Source: Asterias rubens (lineage: Eukaryota). Taken from it: DNA of 64,000 nt. Location of the stretch: contig NC_047076.1 in the NCBI RefSeq assembly GCF_902459465.1, forward strand, positions 372,001 through 436,000. Direction: 5' to 3'. The notes beneath the pieces are model-generated. The model searched no databases, was not told the DNA's origin, and saw only the letters and a list, made by a program, of their open reading frames with translations. The translations under genes were made by a program, and so were the position numbers. Positions 1-11,300 of the stretch are shown here, one piece after another; the stretch's first letter is position 1, and the number at the start of each line of letters is the position of its first letter.

Positions 1-623
1 AAAAACAATTACTGACCCTCAAAACCCCAGTGAAGCATATATAACAGGCATGCTTTCTTGCTTATCTCAAGAAGAAAAAAAATGAAACGAATTGATCATT
101 TCTAAATGAAGTTATGCCCATTTGACTGCAAGCACTCAGGTTTGTAGCTGTCCATGGAATGTTAATGCTTGACTGGATCTAAACATCTGAGTATTAAGTA
201 GCAAAGGGTATGCAAAGGTCATTCATTTGTTTTGTCAAGTAATCCATGGAAAGCTTGCAAAATGAGTACCTTTAATAATGTCGAGATAACTCCTCTGACT
301 CTCTTAGGAACGATCAATTTATTTCATTATTGTTTCTAATAAGCAGGAGAGAGTGCTTGTTTAATAAATGCTTTACTGAACTTTTGAGTTTCATTTGTTT
401 GCTTTGAAAAAAAAAAGTACCAACCCCAGTCAACTTCTTTTTGACTCACCCTGTACTTTCGCAATTCGTAGTGAAGTATGAAATGGTCGTGGACATTATG
501 TCATTCAAATTTAAGACTCGATATGAAAATTCCACCAGGTCTTTGAGCTCATCACACCAACCTCAGAAAGAACTAAGATTGCAATTCATACCATGCTCAT
601 GCAAAGAGTAGATTTATACTTAC

Positions 624-1729
624 ATAATAATAGGAACGACAGTAAGAAACTTTCTTGTAGTTGTAAATTGGTCTCCATTGTCTATCTGTTCCCATTGTGT
701 TAAGTAGCGTTCTGTACCTTGGCTGTCTGACCATATAGCTCCTTTGATGTAGTGAAAGAGCAAATACATCAACTGCACAACAAATAAAAGAAAACAAAAG
801 GTACAAATGATTAATTTCTTTGGCTTCCCAACCCAAGTTTATTAAAGCCCCAAGGAAACACAACAAACACAAATTAAAGCTTGGAAGTTATTTGTCCACT
901 TATTGGATAATTTCCTTGAACAACTATTGTTAATTGGTTTGTTAATTGGTTTGTTTCTGTTGTTTGGCACTCCTTTCAAGGTCTGTTGGGACCTCTTGTT
1001 GAGCATCTATTATCATAAGAAAGTAACTGGATGGCTAACTCCTTTCTAACTCATCTCGCTACTTTGATCGTTGTCCTGGCTATAACATTCTCTCATTTTC
1101 AAGGTTTCGCCAATGTAGCCAACACAGTTACAAGTAATATGCTTCTAAAAAACTAAATAGATTTACACATGGTGCTACTGCAAACCTCCACTATTATACT
1201 CACAGTATGCAAAGATTAAAATACTACAGAAATATACAATACCAATGTGAATACTAATGTAATGATGTGAAATTATACATGCCATGTGAAGAGCAGTGTG
1301 CGATAGAACTCTAAAAATAATATTAGTAATTGTAATAAAGTGGAGGTTATTAAGAAATAAGGGATTTGGGGATTTTGCTGTTGAGGAGAGACGTATGATT
1401 GAGAGATTGGAATAACCAAGTTGACTTATCTACCGTACACTTTTTTAATCCCAACGTCCCCTACCCGCTTAACAAGAAGTGCTCCGCATTTAGGCCAACT
1501 TTGAAAACTTTACAATAAAACTCACCAAACTGTGTGAAACTGTTGTGAGTGTCCACACCATGGCCACATTCAGGAATGGCAGGCACAAGAAAAATAAATG
1601 CAAGGCATAAATCCCGATAAGGTAGGAGATCCACATTCCTCTGCTACTAAGCCATGAGTGGAAGTTAGACTCCATCACAACACCGGCTACTCCATTGGTG
1701 CCTCCATTCGTCTGCTCAGATATCTTCAT
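624..1729 (-). CDS. ORMDL: ORMDL (ORM1-like sphingolipid biosynthesis regulator), partial: coding exons 1729-1526 and 772-624; last exon not found in window
   Basis: Exon 1729-1526 reads MKISEQ...SRGMWISYLIGIYALHLFFLCLPFLNVAMVWTLTTVSHSL, then GTGAG. Exon 772-624 (CAG acceptor, GTAAGT donor) reads LMYLLFHYIKGAIWSDSQGTERYLTQWEQIDNGDQFTTTRKFLTVVPII. Both match the ORMDL pattern (SRGxW, WTLT, KG..., WEQxD.G.QFT..RKFL). Phases are compatible. The start Met could be 1729 or 1675. A 5'UTR acceptor lies at about 1819. Confidence 0.93.
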
Positions 1730-1867
1730 ATTCGATATCTAGTCTCGGATACTTGAAGATAATATTCCGAATGCTTTGTAGTACGTGATCTTTAGCAATG
1801 TTTCTTTCTATACAGCTTCTGTAAACAAAATCCCCAAATACAAATTTACACTAATTAGACTTAGCAA

Positions 1868-2029
1868 TAAGGTTTTTTGCTATTAAGAACCGCAATGTGC
1901 GGTGGGTAATAGGGGGCATTTGACGACTGCGCTATATGTTGTCATGCACGAGGTGTGCACACATGGCCGTTATCTGTGTGGGTTCAACAGCACCCTCTCT
2001 TGATATTTTGCTATTCACGATAAACCTTA
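1868..2029 (-). mobile_element. Short TIR element (MITE), inverted copy of the element at 4333-4444
   Basis: Termini AAGGTTT...AAACCTT. The internal block GGTTCAACAG..CCTCTCTTGATATTTTGCTATTC.CGATAAACCT is the reverse complement of 4333-4444. Confidence 0.7.
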
Positions 2030-2244
2030 TGGGGGACTTTTGGTGGCAGCATGAACTCCGGTATCTATTGCACTGAATTGGTGACTGGCATCCTGTAAAT
2101 AATAAAGCTTCTCTGCAAATAAAACTTCAACTAATGTTCATGTTTTTGCTTGTTTTAGGAATCTGAAGTTGTTTTTATATTTTCTTCATATATATCTTTA
2201 ACTTAACTTTTCATTGGTCCACAATAACTCTATCAATAGGTCTA

Positions 2245-2675
2245 GCCCACACTGTTGAGCTGTAAATGGCTCCGCTTTTAACATCGCAAAAAACCCTCAT
2301 CGCAAAAAAACGTCTTCGGGCTTCTTCGGCGCTTTCCGAAGATTTCCGAAATCCATTGTCCACGGGGTTCAAAGGTGACGTCATGCACAAACGAATGGGC
2401 GCTGCACGCGGGGCCAAGCATCCGGTTTCTGTCGTTGCTCTCTATTTTTTACAATATCTCAGAAAATATTCATCCGATTTCAAAATTTTTGAAATGTAAG
2501 CATGAGGAGAGAATGCTCCTGCCTGCTGTCAAGTCTCATAGTTGTGAGTTGTACAAAATGTGAGTTATGATTTAATACATTTCAGTCTTTTATTTCGGGG
2601 CTGTGTGTGTGTGTGTGTTGGTACACGTGAAATCAACTTGATGAAACTGTCTATTTACAGCTCCACAGTGTGGGC
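2245..2675. mobile_element. MITE, 431 bp, 23-bp TIRs, TA on both sides
   Basis: GCCCACACTGTTGAGCTGTAAAT at 2245 versus ATTTACAGCTCCACAGTGTGGGC ending 2675 (1 mismatch). TA at 2243-2244 and 2676-2677. Confidence 0.8.
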
Positions 2676-2957
2676 TACATACATGTACCATATGTCACTG
2701 AGGTGACATTATTCCCAAAAATCTCCACGCTTCCAACTCCTAGATAAGAGGTATGAGGTTAGTGTAGACAACAGTAGATAGATCCCGTTATTGCGGTGCT
2801 GGGCGCGCGTACGCTTTTACGCTTTCACACATTATGTCGCTGTCACACTGTCAGTGCAAAAATTTACAACATTGAACCCAACACTAACAGTCTTGGAATT
2901 TCTGACAAGAAGAGTGTATTACTGTACTGTGACTCAGTGAGTTAAGCGTCTGGTTAC

Positions 2958-3933
2958 CCAATTTTCTTAATTAAAACCACGTCGCCTTGAATCAAAACGG
3001 AGGGATTCCACACTGCACGACTACGAAGGCAGACAGGAAGTTGACGACTCGATCGAACTTCCGTGAACGAGCGTAGACACTGTCATTGACTAATGACACC
3101 CGTATTTCTCTTAATAACTCTGTCAGTCTGTACACATTTTAATAAATAACTGAATACGAATAGGATAACTTTCCGTATGGCGCCACCACTTTTTCACTAA
3201 TTTTTACAAAAAGGGATATATCAATCAGGTAAATTAGATACTATATTATTTTATATCGAATGAAAAAGTGGTGGCGCCATACGAAAACTTTTCCTACGAA
3301 TAATATGCAAAGACCTGGTTATATTAAAAAATATTATGTTCTGATCGTATGAGTTAGTTTTATTTCAATTAAAAAGAACTCACGTTCAGTGTTTTCCACA
3401 CATCTTCGTCGTCACACACAGCGCGTATAACACTGTATGAAAAAAAACCCAGACTCTATTAAACATTTATGCTGGTTTGTTTGTACATGTAAAAAGTAGC
3501 AATAAACGCACCAGACTACGTGTTGACATCTCCGTCGCTCCGTCGTGGAAAGTGGTGTACGCAACTTTCCTGTTTCTGTATAAGCTAATCAGTGATTGGT
3601 TTATTCTAATCCAAAATACAGCAAATAGTGACAGTTTATATCAATTTTTAATATTAAATATACTGCAGCAGAGTTTTTGATTTAAGAACATAATCTTGTT
3701 AAGATAAATTGTCATTTAATTTTTTCATCAAAAAGTATTTTTTGACCTTGAATAGGTCTTGGCTACATTTTGTAAAATCAAAAACTAACCAATCAAAATT
3801 GTTTATGGAGGGGTTAAAGGGCCATTGAAGTTACTTCGGTGACGTCATTCTGCCTGTCTCTGAAATGTCATGTGAGGGCGCGCGGGAGATATGACTGAAG
3901 TTAGTGAACACAAAACAACATATCATCATGCAG
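2958..3933. promoter_or_regulatory. Putative bidirectional promoter between ORMDL (-) and PMS1 (+), with candidate non-coding first exons
   Basis: CpG-richer patches. ETS-like CAGGAAGT and ACTTCCG at about 3035-3063; CRE TGACGTCA at 3840. Candidate donors are TGG|GTAACC on minus (exon end 2958) and CAG|GTTTGT on plus (exon end 3933). Both genes have a 5'UTR acceptor just before the ATG, so upstream exons are required. Confidence 0.5.
3163..3294. mobile_element. 132-bp MITE with GG...CC termini and 8-bp target-site duplication (Merlin-like signature)
   Basis: TIR GGA.AA.TTT.CGTATGGCGCCACCACTTTTTCA at both ends. Direct repeat TACGAATA at 3155-3162 and 3295-3302. Confidence 0.85.
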
Positions 3934-4147
3934 GTTTGTTATTGTTTTATTCTACACTAACTAAGCAATAAAAAGACAATAATGGTATTATGTACTATTT
4001 GAATAAACACTCTCCTGCTAGTGCTAGGAGTAGGACTAGGTGAGCTTACGTATAACTATAATAAAAAGTTCCAAATACTAAATAGAAATAGGGATACTGA
4101 CGATACTGTGCTGGGTCCTTGGGATAGGCTGGGCTCCCTCACTCAAT

Positions 4148-4297
4148 CAATAGGAGACTTTCCAACGCTAGGTGGCAGCAGACATACCGGGTAAATTTCC
4201 ATTGTTTACGTAGTTCTGAACATGCGCATAATTCTGAGAACAATGGATTTACCCGGTAAGTCTGCTGCCCTCTATCGTCCCAGAAAGTCTCCCATTG
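4148..4297. mobile_element. 150-bp near-palindromic MITE
   Basis: CAATAGGAGACTTTC / GAAAGTCTCCCATTG termini, and inner arms GCAGCAGAC.TACCGGGTAAAT.TCCATTGTT / AACAATGGATTTACCCGGTAAGTCTGCTGC. Confidence 0.8.
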
Positions 4298-4332
4298 GTC
4301 ACTGTCATTGATGATTGGTCGTACTCGTACGT

Positions 4333-4444
4333 AGGTTTATCGCGAATAGCAAAATATCAAGAGAGGCACTGTTGAACCAACACTAAGATATAGCCATGAT
4401 GCGTGCGCATAACGTAATGCGGTTCTGAATCGCGATAAACCTTA
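4333..4444 (+). mobile_element. Short MITE with 13-bp TIRs
   Basis: AGGTTTATCGCGA ... TCGCGATAAACCT; second copy inverted at 1868-2029. Confidence 0.7.
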
Positions 4445-4466
4445 TGTCTGAATTGATGGGAGGTAT

Positions 4467-4840
4467 TAAAGCCATCATTATACACTTTCGGTAACAGTAT
4501 TGTCCAAGTCCCACACTTGGTGTATCACAACTTATATATTAAATAACAAACCTGTGAAAATTTAGGCTCAATCGGTCATCGGAGTCGGGAGCAAATAACG
4601 GGAAAACCCACTCTTGTTTCCGCGCGTTTTGCCGTGTCATGACATATGTTAAAAATATATCCGTAAATCTCGCTATCGAGACTTGATATTGTTTTAATGT
4701 TTTCTCAAAAAGTAAAGCATTTCATGGAACAATATTTCAAGAGAAGTCTTTCACCATTACCTTCTGTAAACCCTGTAAATTATTTGTAAATCTGTGAAAT
4801 TTTTTCTTTTTTTCTGTACCGAAAGTGTATAATGGCTTTA
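4467..4840. mobile_element. TA-flanked MITE (Tc1/mariner-type signature), TAAAGCCAT family
   Basis: TAAAGCCAT..TATACACTTTCGGTA.CAG versus CTGTACCGAAAGTGTATAATGGCTTTA. Homologous copies at 35187-35539 and, reversed, 53858-54225. Confidence 0.85.
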
Positions 4841-4856
4841 AGAGGGAGCTGTTTTT

Positions 4857-5328
4857 TCAAGCTCCCAGGTTATTACTTCTATTGTTAGCATCACTAAGGA
4901 ATTGGTAGACAACTCATTGTATTTATTTGTTATTTCAGAGCAAGTAAGATGTCTTCACTACAAAAGCTTCCATCGATACAGTACGTCTAGTATCAAGCTC
5001 TCGGGTTATTACTTCTATTGTTAGCATCGTCAAGGAATTGGTAGAGAACTCATTGTATTTATTTGTTATTTCAGAGCAAGTAAGATGTCTTCACTACAAA
5101 AGCTTCCATCGGATACAGTACGTCTAGTATCAAGCTCTCGGGTTATTACTTCTATTGTTAGCATCGTCAAGGAATTGGTAGAGAACTCATTGTATTTATT
5201 TGTTATTTCAGAGCAAGTAAGATGTCTTCACTACAAAAGCTTCCATCGGATACAGTACGTCTAGTATCAAGCTCCCAGGTTATTACTTCTATAGTTAGCA
5301 TCGTTAAGGAATTGGTAGAGAACTCATT
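4857..5328 (+). repeat. ~137-bp tandem duplication (3.4 copies) of the acceptor plus most of the first PMS1 coding exon
   Basis: Unit TGTATTTATTTGTTATTTCAG|AGCAAGTAAGATGTCTTCA...GAGAACTCAT. ATGs at 4949, 5085 and 5222 (spacing 136 and 137). Only the last copy continues to ...[11 protein letters not shown] and a GTAAGT donor. Confidence 0.95.
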
Positions 5329-8300
5329 AGATGCACAAAGTGACAACATTGAAGTCAAATTGGTAAGTAGAAAATCTTTTCTGACAGCTTTTTAGAGATG
5401 AGGGTTTTTCAGACTTTTTTCCTGAACTAAAAAGGATGCCATCGTTCGATCGGCTGACCAAATTCTCGCTGGGGTGGATTTTACACAGAGATAAGCCAGG
5501 TTCATACTTCCTGCGAATACAAATGCAATGCGAATTTGACGTGAATTTGAAGTCACATCCTTCCTTTCGGAGCGATATTCGCAAGTAAGTTGAACGGAGT
5601 TGAATTGTTGCAAATTTGTGGCGTCAACATTCGCTTTGCCTTCGCATGCGCAAGAAGTATGAATTAGGCTTTAAGACTAGTCTAATCTTAGACTTGCCTT
5701 AAGTTTTTAACAACTTCTCATAGACCTACATGTATCTATGAAATCAACCCTTGAGAATGTTGGGATTGTGATGCTGCCAAACTCAAAGCAGTAGCACTCA
5801 CACTAGAAGGATGGGCTGAGGTGGGAGTACCAGTGATTCAAGCTGGGTACAAGGAGGAGACCACGGGCAAATGCTTATAGATGTCTACTAGACAGAGACT
5901 TATTTATAAATGCCTGCCTTATAAAGCTGTTATTTCTTCCATGTATAAAATACCCTGCAGTCGATTTCACGAAACGCTAGGATTAATCCTAAGTCGAGTT
6001 GGGCATATAACCCATCCTAACTCAAAGTGGTTTATTTATAGCTGTGGTGCCATGGGTTAACTCAAGGCATGGCATCATGAATGATCAGTCAGATTTTGGT
6101 GTTTGAAGATTTTCTTGGATTTTGTGCCAACAATGATTTCATTTGGGGGCTTTAATTTTTAAAGAACTTTGTCATGTGATGTTCTATCATCGAACTTCTA
6201 CTCAAGATCACATCCATTCCTGATCACCAGTGAGTGTAGAAAGTAGAAACAGAAAGTAAGTTGTGAACCTTGATTATATATCAAAAGTATTTTGAAGAAT
6301 AAAATCTATAGATCAGAAACAAAAAAATGAGTCATCAGTAAGTGTCAAAACAGTGAGTTTTTTTTAATTAAAAGCAAAGTGAAATAAACGGTGCATTTGT
6401 CGGATCAAAAATTCAGTCATTAAAATAATACTAGTCCCTAAAATAAACTATGAATTTAAAATGTATTAAATAAAATGAATATTTTAGTTTAAAAATGATG
6501 CTTAGGAGGCATGTTATGTAAAGATTTAACTTAAAATGACCTTGGCAAAAATGGAACTTAAGCTATTTAATATCTTACTGAACATAATGAATCAATCTTC
6601 CTCATAAATAAAATCAAATCAAATTAACGAATAGGTGTCATGGCCGAGTGGTTTAAAGCATCAAAATCAAGTTTTGATGTTTAAGTCATGGGGTGTCGGT
6701 TTGATTCCCAGTCATGACAAATGTGTCCTTTAAAAGCAACACACTTCACTAATCACTATCAATCTTTTTTTCTGGCCAGGGTACCTGGGAGGGTAGAGGT
6801 TGATATTGTGTATAAAAAAGCCTTTGGAGCGCTGCAGTTGCCCAGGTTGTATACTCCTATAGTACCTGGGAGGGTAGAGGTTGATATTGTGTATGAAAAA
6901 GCCTTTGGAGCGCTGCAGTTGCCCAGGTTGTATACTCCTATAGTACTGGGAGGGTAGAGGTTGATAGTGTGTATGAAAAAGCCTTTGGAGCGCTGCAGTT
7001 GCCCAGGTTGTATACTCCTATAGTACCTGGGAGGGTAGAGGTTGATATTGTGTATGAAAAAGCCTTTGGAGCGCTGCAGTTGCCCAGGTTGTATACTCCT
7101 ATAGTACCTGGGAGGGTAGAGGTTGATAGTGTGTATGAAAAAGCCTTTGGAGCGCTGCAGTTGCCCAGGTTGTATACTCCTATAGTACCTGGGAGGGTAG
7201 AGGTTGATATTGTTTATGAAAAAGCCTTTGGAGCGCTGCAGTTGCCCAGGTTGTATACTCCTATAGTACCTGGGAGGGTAGAGGTTGATATTGTGTATGA
7301 AAAAGCCTTTGGAGCGCTGCAGTTGCCCAGGTTGTATACTCCTATAGTACCTGGGAGGGTAGAGGTTGATATTGTGTATGAAAAAGCCTTTGGAGCGCTG
7401 CAGTTGCCCAGGTTGTATACTCCTATAGTACCTGGGAGGGTAGGGGTTGATATTGTGTATGAAAAAGCCTTTGGAGCGCTGCAGTTGCCCAGGTTGTATA
7501 CTCCTCAGGGAGCTAAAAAAGGAATATTTTTGGCCCAATGAGCAGGGCACTAATTTAAAGCGCATTGATAGAGTAGTAAAATGCTAGTCTAATTATTATT
7601 ATTAAATTATTATTGTTAAGGATACTGATTTAATGTTATTTTTTGATTATTTAGTGTCTTAGTATTATATTTTAAAAAACGTAAACAAATTAAGTCTCAA
7701 CTTTTTGGGGGAATGTTGCTTTCTTGGTTGCCCTCTGAAGAACTGCTGCAATTGACCATTCCCAGTCAACAAAATATTGGACACTAGGCCGTAATATAGG
7801 ATATTCAGACTTAATATTAGGACACTTGTCCTTCTACTTTACTGGATTCTGTTGTCATACATCTTTGTGTAGTATGGCAAAGCAATATCAATCAAGCGCT
7901 GTAGGTCAGCTGTAACTTCTGGCTTAGACTCTTGGCTTTGGACCTGAGGCTTCATAAAACAAGTGCCATTTCGGAAATTCTTAAAACCGTCACTATCGTT
8001 AATGATATTATTTAATGTCTGACTGACTGTCCAGTCCTTAACAACGTCAACTCCAGCATCCCAGCTAAGTAACTCATCACTGTACGGAATCCCTAATGTC
8101 TTACAGAAACCAGAAAGTATGGTTGCTGGATCATTCACAAGATCATCTGCATCTAAGATAACTGGGTCTGGGTCTAAACCTTTCTCTTTTACATAGGAAT
8201 ATAAATCATAGGTTTCTTTGAAACTACCTCCTGGGGGAAGTATTTCTGGAGGTTGTTGGTCAAATTCCACTTCATCTAGTGATATATTGGTCTTATTGTC

Positions 8301-11300
8301 TGACTGTACTGACATAAGATTCATCATTTCAACTACTAGTTTCTTCCAAGATGGAAAGACCTTGGCTGGGTTACGGATGAGGAAAGCATGACGGTAGCCA
8401 GAATCTGGAAGATACTCAAATTTCCCATCTGGACAAAAAGATATTTCTTTGGCAAAAATAATCTTCTTATCAGGGTACCCTGTCTCCATGTGGTGTTTTA
8501 GCCATTTATAAGTACAGATTGAGCTATGGAAACCAGACCCAGGATCTTTCTGTAGTTCTTCTGGTGTTTTTTCGGTGATTACTTCAGGCTCTGGTGGCAT
8601 CTCCATGTTATTGTTTGATACAATTTGTCTCTCTGGTCCAAAGAATCTTGCCGTGCTGTACATCTCAAATAGCATTTTAGAATCGGGAAGTTTGTCCATA
8701 CACTTCAAGAAAGCGGATGAGACGGTGCGAGGACACGCCCAGAGAATGACTTTGATTTGGTCGGCCATGATGACAGTCAGTTGTCTTCCTTTTTGTCTTG
8801 GACTGGAAAGCAAGATTCTGCACTGAGAAGAAGAAATGAGTAAAGGCAAAAAAGAAAATTGCAAAGAAAATGAAACATTACACTTGTGTAATGTATGTAC
8901 AGTAAACAAAGGAAATTAAATTTTGATTAAATATTTAAATGCTGGAAGCATTTAATTGGCTACAATTGGAGGTAGAGGACATTTGACATCAATGTTTAAT
9001 CTGTGTTGATAACCTATGGTTGATAAGATAATCTAAAGTGAAGGACAGGCACAGCTTAGCTCATTTTGAAATTAGAGTGAACAAATTTCTTTTCAACTCA
9101 AAAGTTCATATTTCGTTGTCTTTGGTTACATTGACAATTCAACAGAACATATTTGACCCTGTGAATATGGAGAAGCAGACCATACTATGGAAACCACGGC
9201 TTCGGCTACAGATTCAGCTCAGGCTAGCTTGGCCAGGCAGTTGTTTTGACAATTACGCTATAAACTTTGTGTATGTGCTCGGGGCTTCATACGAGAGAAC
9301 GGAGCCGAACGGAGCCAAAGCCGAAGCCATGGATTTGAAAAGGGCCTATTGAACACACCACACTGCCTTGTTTGACCTCTACTACCCAACCCTTGTAGCT
9401 CAAAAGATCTTGCAATCTTCAATAAAACCCAAAGGACTGTGTAAAGAAATTTGAAACTGATATAACGGTAACACTTTATGAGTCATGTCAGTGAAATGAA
9501 AAGAAGACTGTAGGTGTTCCTTCATGCATGCTTTATATGCTTTTAAGAAGGCTCTGCTAGGGCAGAAAGTGAAGCCAGTAAAAATAACATTTTGCATTTA
9601 TATCTGGTATTATTCTGATTGGTAAAGCAATCTGCAATCAGTGAGTTATTTTTTTCATGCTGTGTTTTTCAATCAAACTAGCTTTCATTTTATCTTACAT
9701 ACAGGCATGATATTCTTCCTACTTAAGTCTGATTAATGATTTGTTGTGCTCTTGGAAAAATCAGAAAAATGTGATAAATAGCCCGAAAAGTATATTAAAC
9801 CCTCATTATGAACTTGTGTTCAAACATGATTTTTTAACTTTTTTCCCAGGGACTATATATCATGTCTGTTTCAGTTGTACATTTACTTGCAAAGAATGAG
9901 AAATACATACCAGTTTGTCCTTCACTGTGAGAACCTCCACCAGTCACTTAACACTACCGATTGGAAGGCCAAGACTTTCCAATGCAAGCAAATAGTACTT
10001 GGTGAGATTAGATGCTGTTACCAAACTCAATTGAGTCTTATGCATTGGATTGTGGATGGCAAAAAGTACTTGGTGACTTTAGACGCTGTTACCAAACTTA
10101 ATTGAGTCTTTTGAAATGCATTGGATCGTGAAAGGAGTGCCAACTCATCCTATATCCATTCATTTACATAACAGATAAAGTTATGTAATAGTTAAACACA
10201 GAGCTTAGCAGGTAAGAGATAGCAAAGCTGACGTTTCAGATAATTTTGAGGATTGAAAACCTTTTAAAAAAAAACTACTATGCAGTAGTAGAATTTACAG
10301 CAAGACAAGATTTACCTAGGAAGTAATAAGACTGTGAATATTTGTATTCCCCCTGGATAGGATGCTAGTCTATCATAGGTTGCTCCCCAGCTCTAACAGA
10401 CAGGTACCCATTTGTACTCCTGGTTTGAGATATCACAATAGTGATAAAGTGTCTTGCTCAAGGACACAGGTGTTGCGATTGACCGGGTCAAGATTCAAAC
10501 CCACATTCTGTAAATTACAGAACTTAAGTCCACCGCCCTAGACCGCTCGGCTACGTGTCATCACAACTCGATATGTTCTGTTATTAGAATCACTTTTAAG
10601 AAAACCAACATTAATAAATTTTAATTAATCTTAAGATTCCCTGAGTCACTGACGTTTAATGATGTATGAAACCATGGAGGATTCTTCCTCCATGTTGAAA
10701 CTTTGCATTGTCTTGAAGATAAGAAGTACATGTAACTATAGCAGGCCTTGAACTTCAAAAGTGCGGCACCAGTGACATCAATGTAAGTAATCTTTATAGA
10801 ATGTTGGCTGGTAGCCTGTTTCTGCTAAGCAATATTAACCAGTGCTTAGCAAGTTTTGTGCCTACAGATTTTATTAAACTGGAGTCTGGTATGTCACTGG
10901 TGAAACTATTTGTACAAATCGAGCAGCAAATAAATGATAGAGTGGCGTTTGAAGCTATGCATACATTTATAAGAAGATGAGACTTGAGGGTCGACCATTT
11001 GTAAAATATATTTTTTTATTTTTTAAAGTTTTTTTTTAAAATAAAAAAAAATAAAAAAATCGGTGCGGCCGCCAAGATCAAGGCAGGGGGGGACGTGCAA
11101 CATGTTAATTATTTTACTTGGCCTTATGGGAGGAGTGTTGGCTCTGAAAAGAGCTGGTGTGGTGTTAACATTTCAAAGAGTAGACTCGCTCTTTTTCAGG
11201 AGAAAGATGAGCCAGATTAGCAGAGTACACTTTTCGAACTGTCAAGACCACACCGCCTTTTTCAAAGCCATCACTCCTTCCAAACAAGTTTTTACATTCC

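Noticed and set aside
1-620. Final ORMDL coding exon
   Set aside because: No segment matching the expected C-terminus (…FHGVRLFGINKY-like) was found; it probably lies left of the window.
2211-2563. Overlapping short ORFs at 2211-2563
   Set aside because: They lie inside the 431-bp MITE and have no recognisable homology.
6721-7565. Repetitive ORFs of 78-268 aa in the ORF track
   Set aside because: They are translations of the 81-bp minisatellite, open on both strands, with a frameshift in copy 3 and no splice context.
8769-8909. 47-aa N-terminal extension of sulfotransferase copy 1
   Set aside because: It spans a polypyrimidine tract and acceptor, and the paralogs all start at MAD(Q/R).
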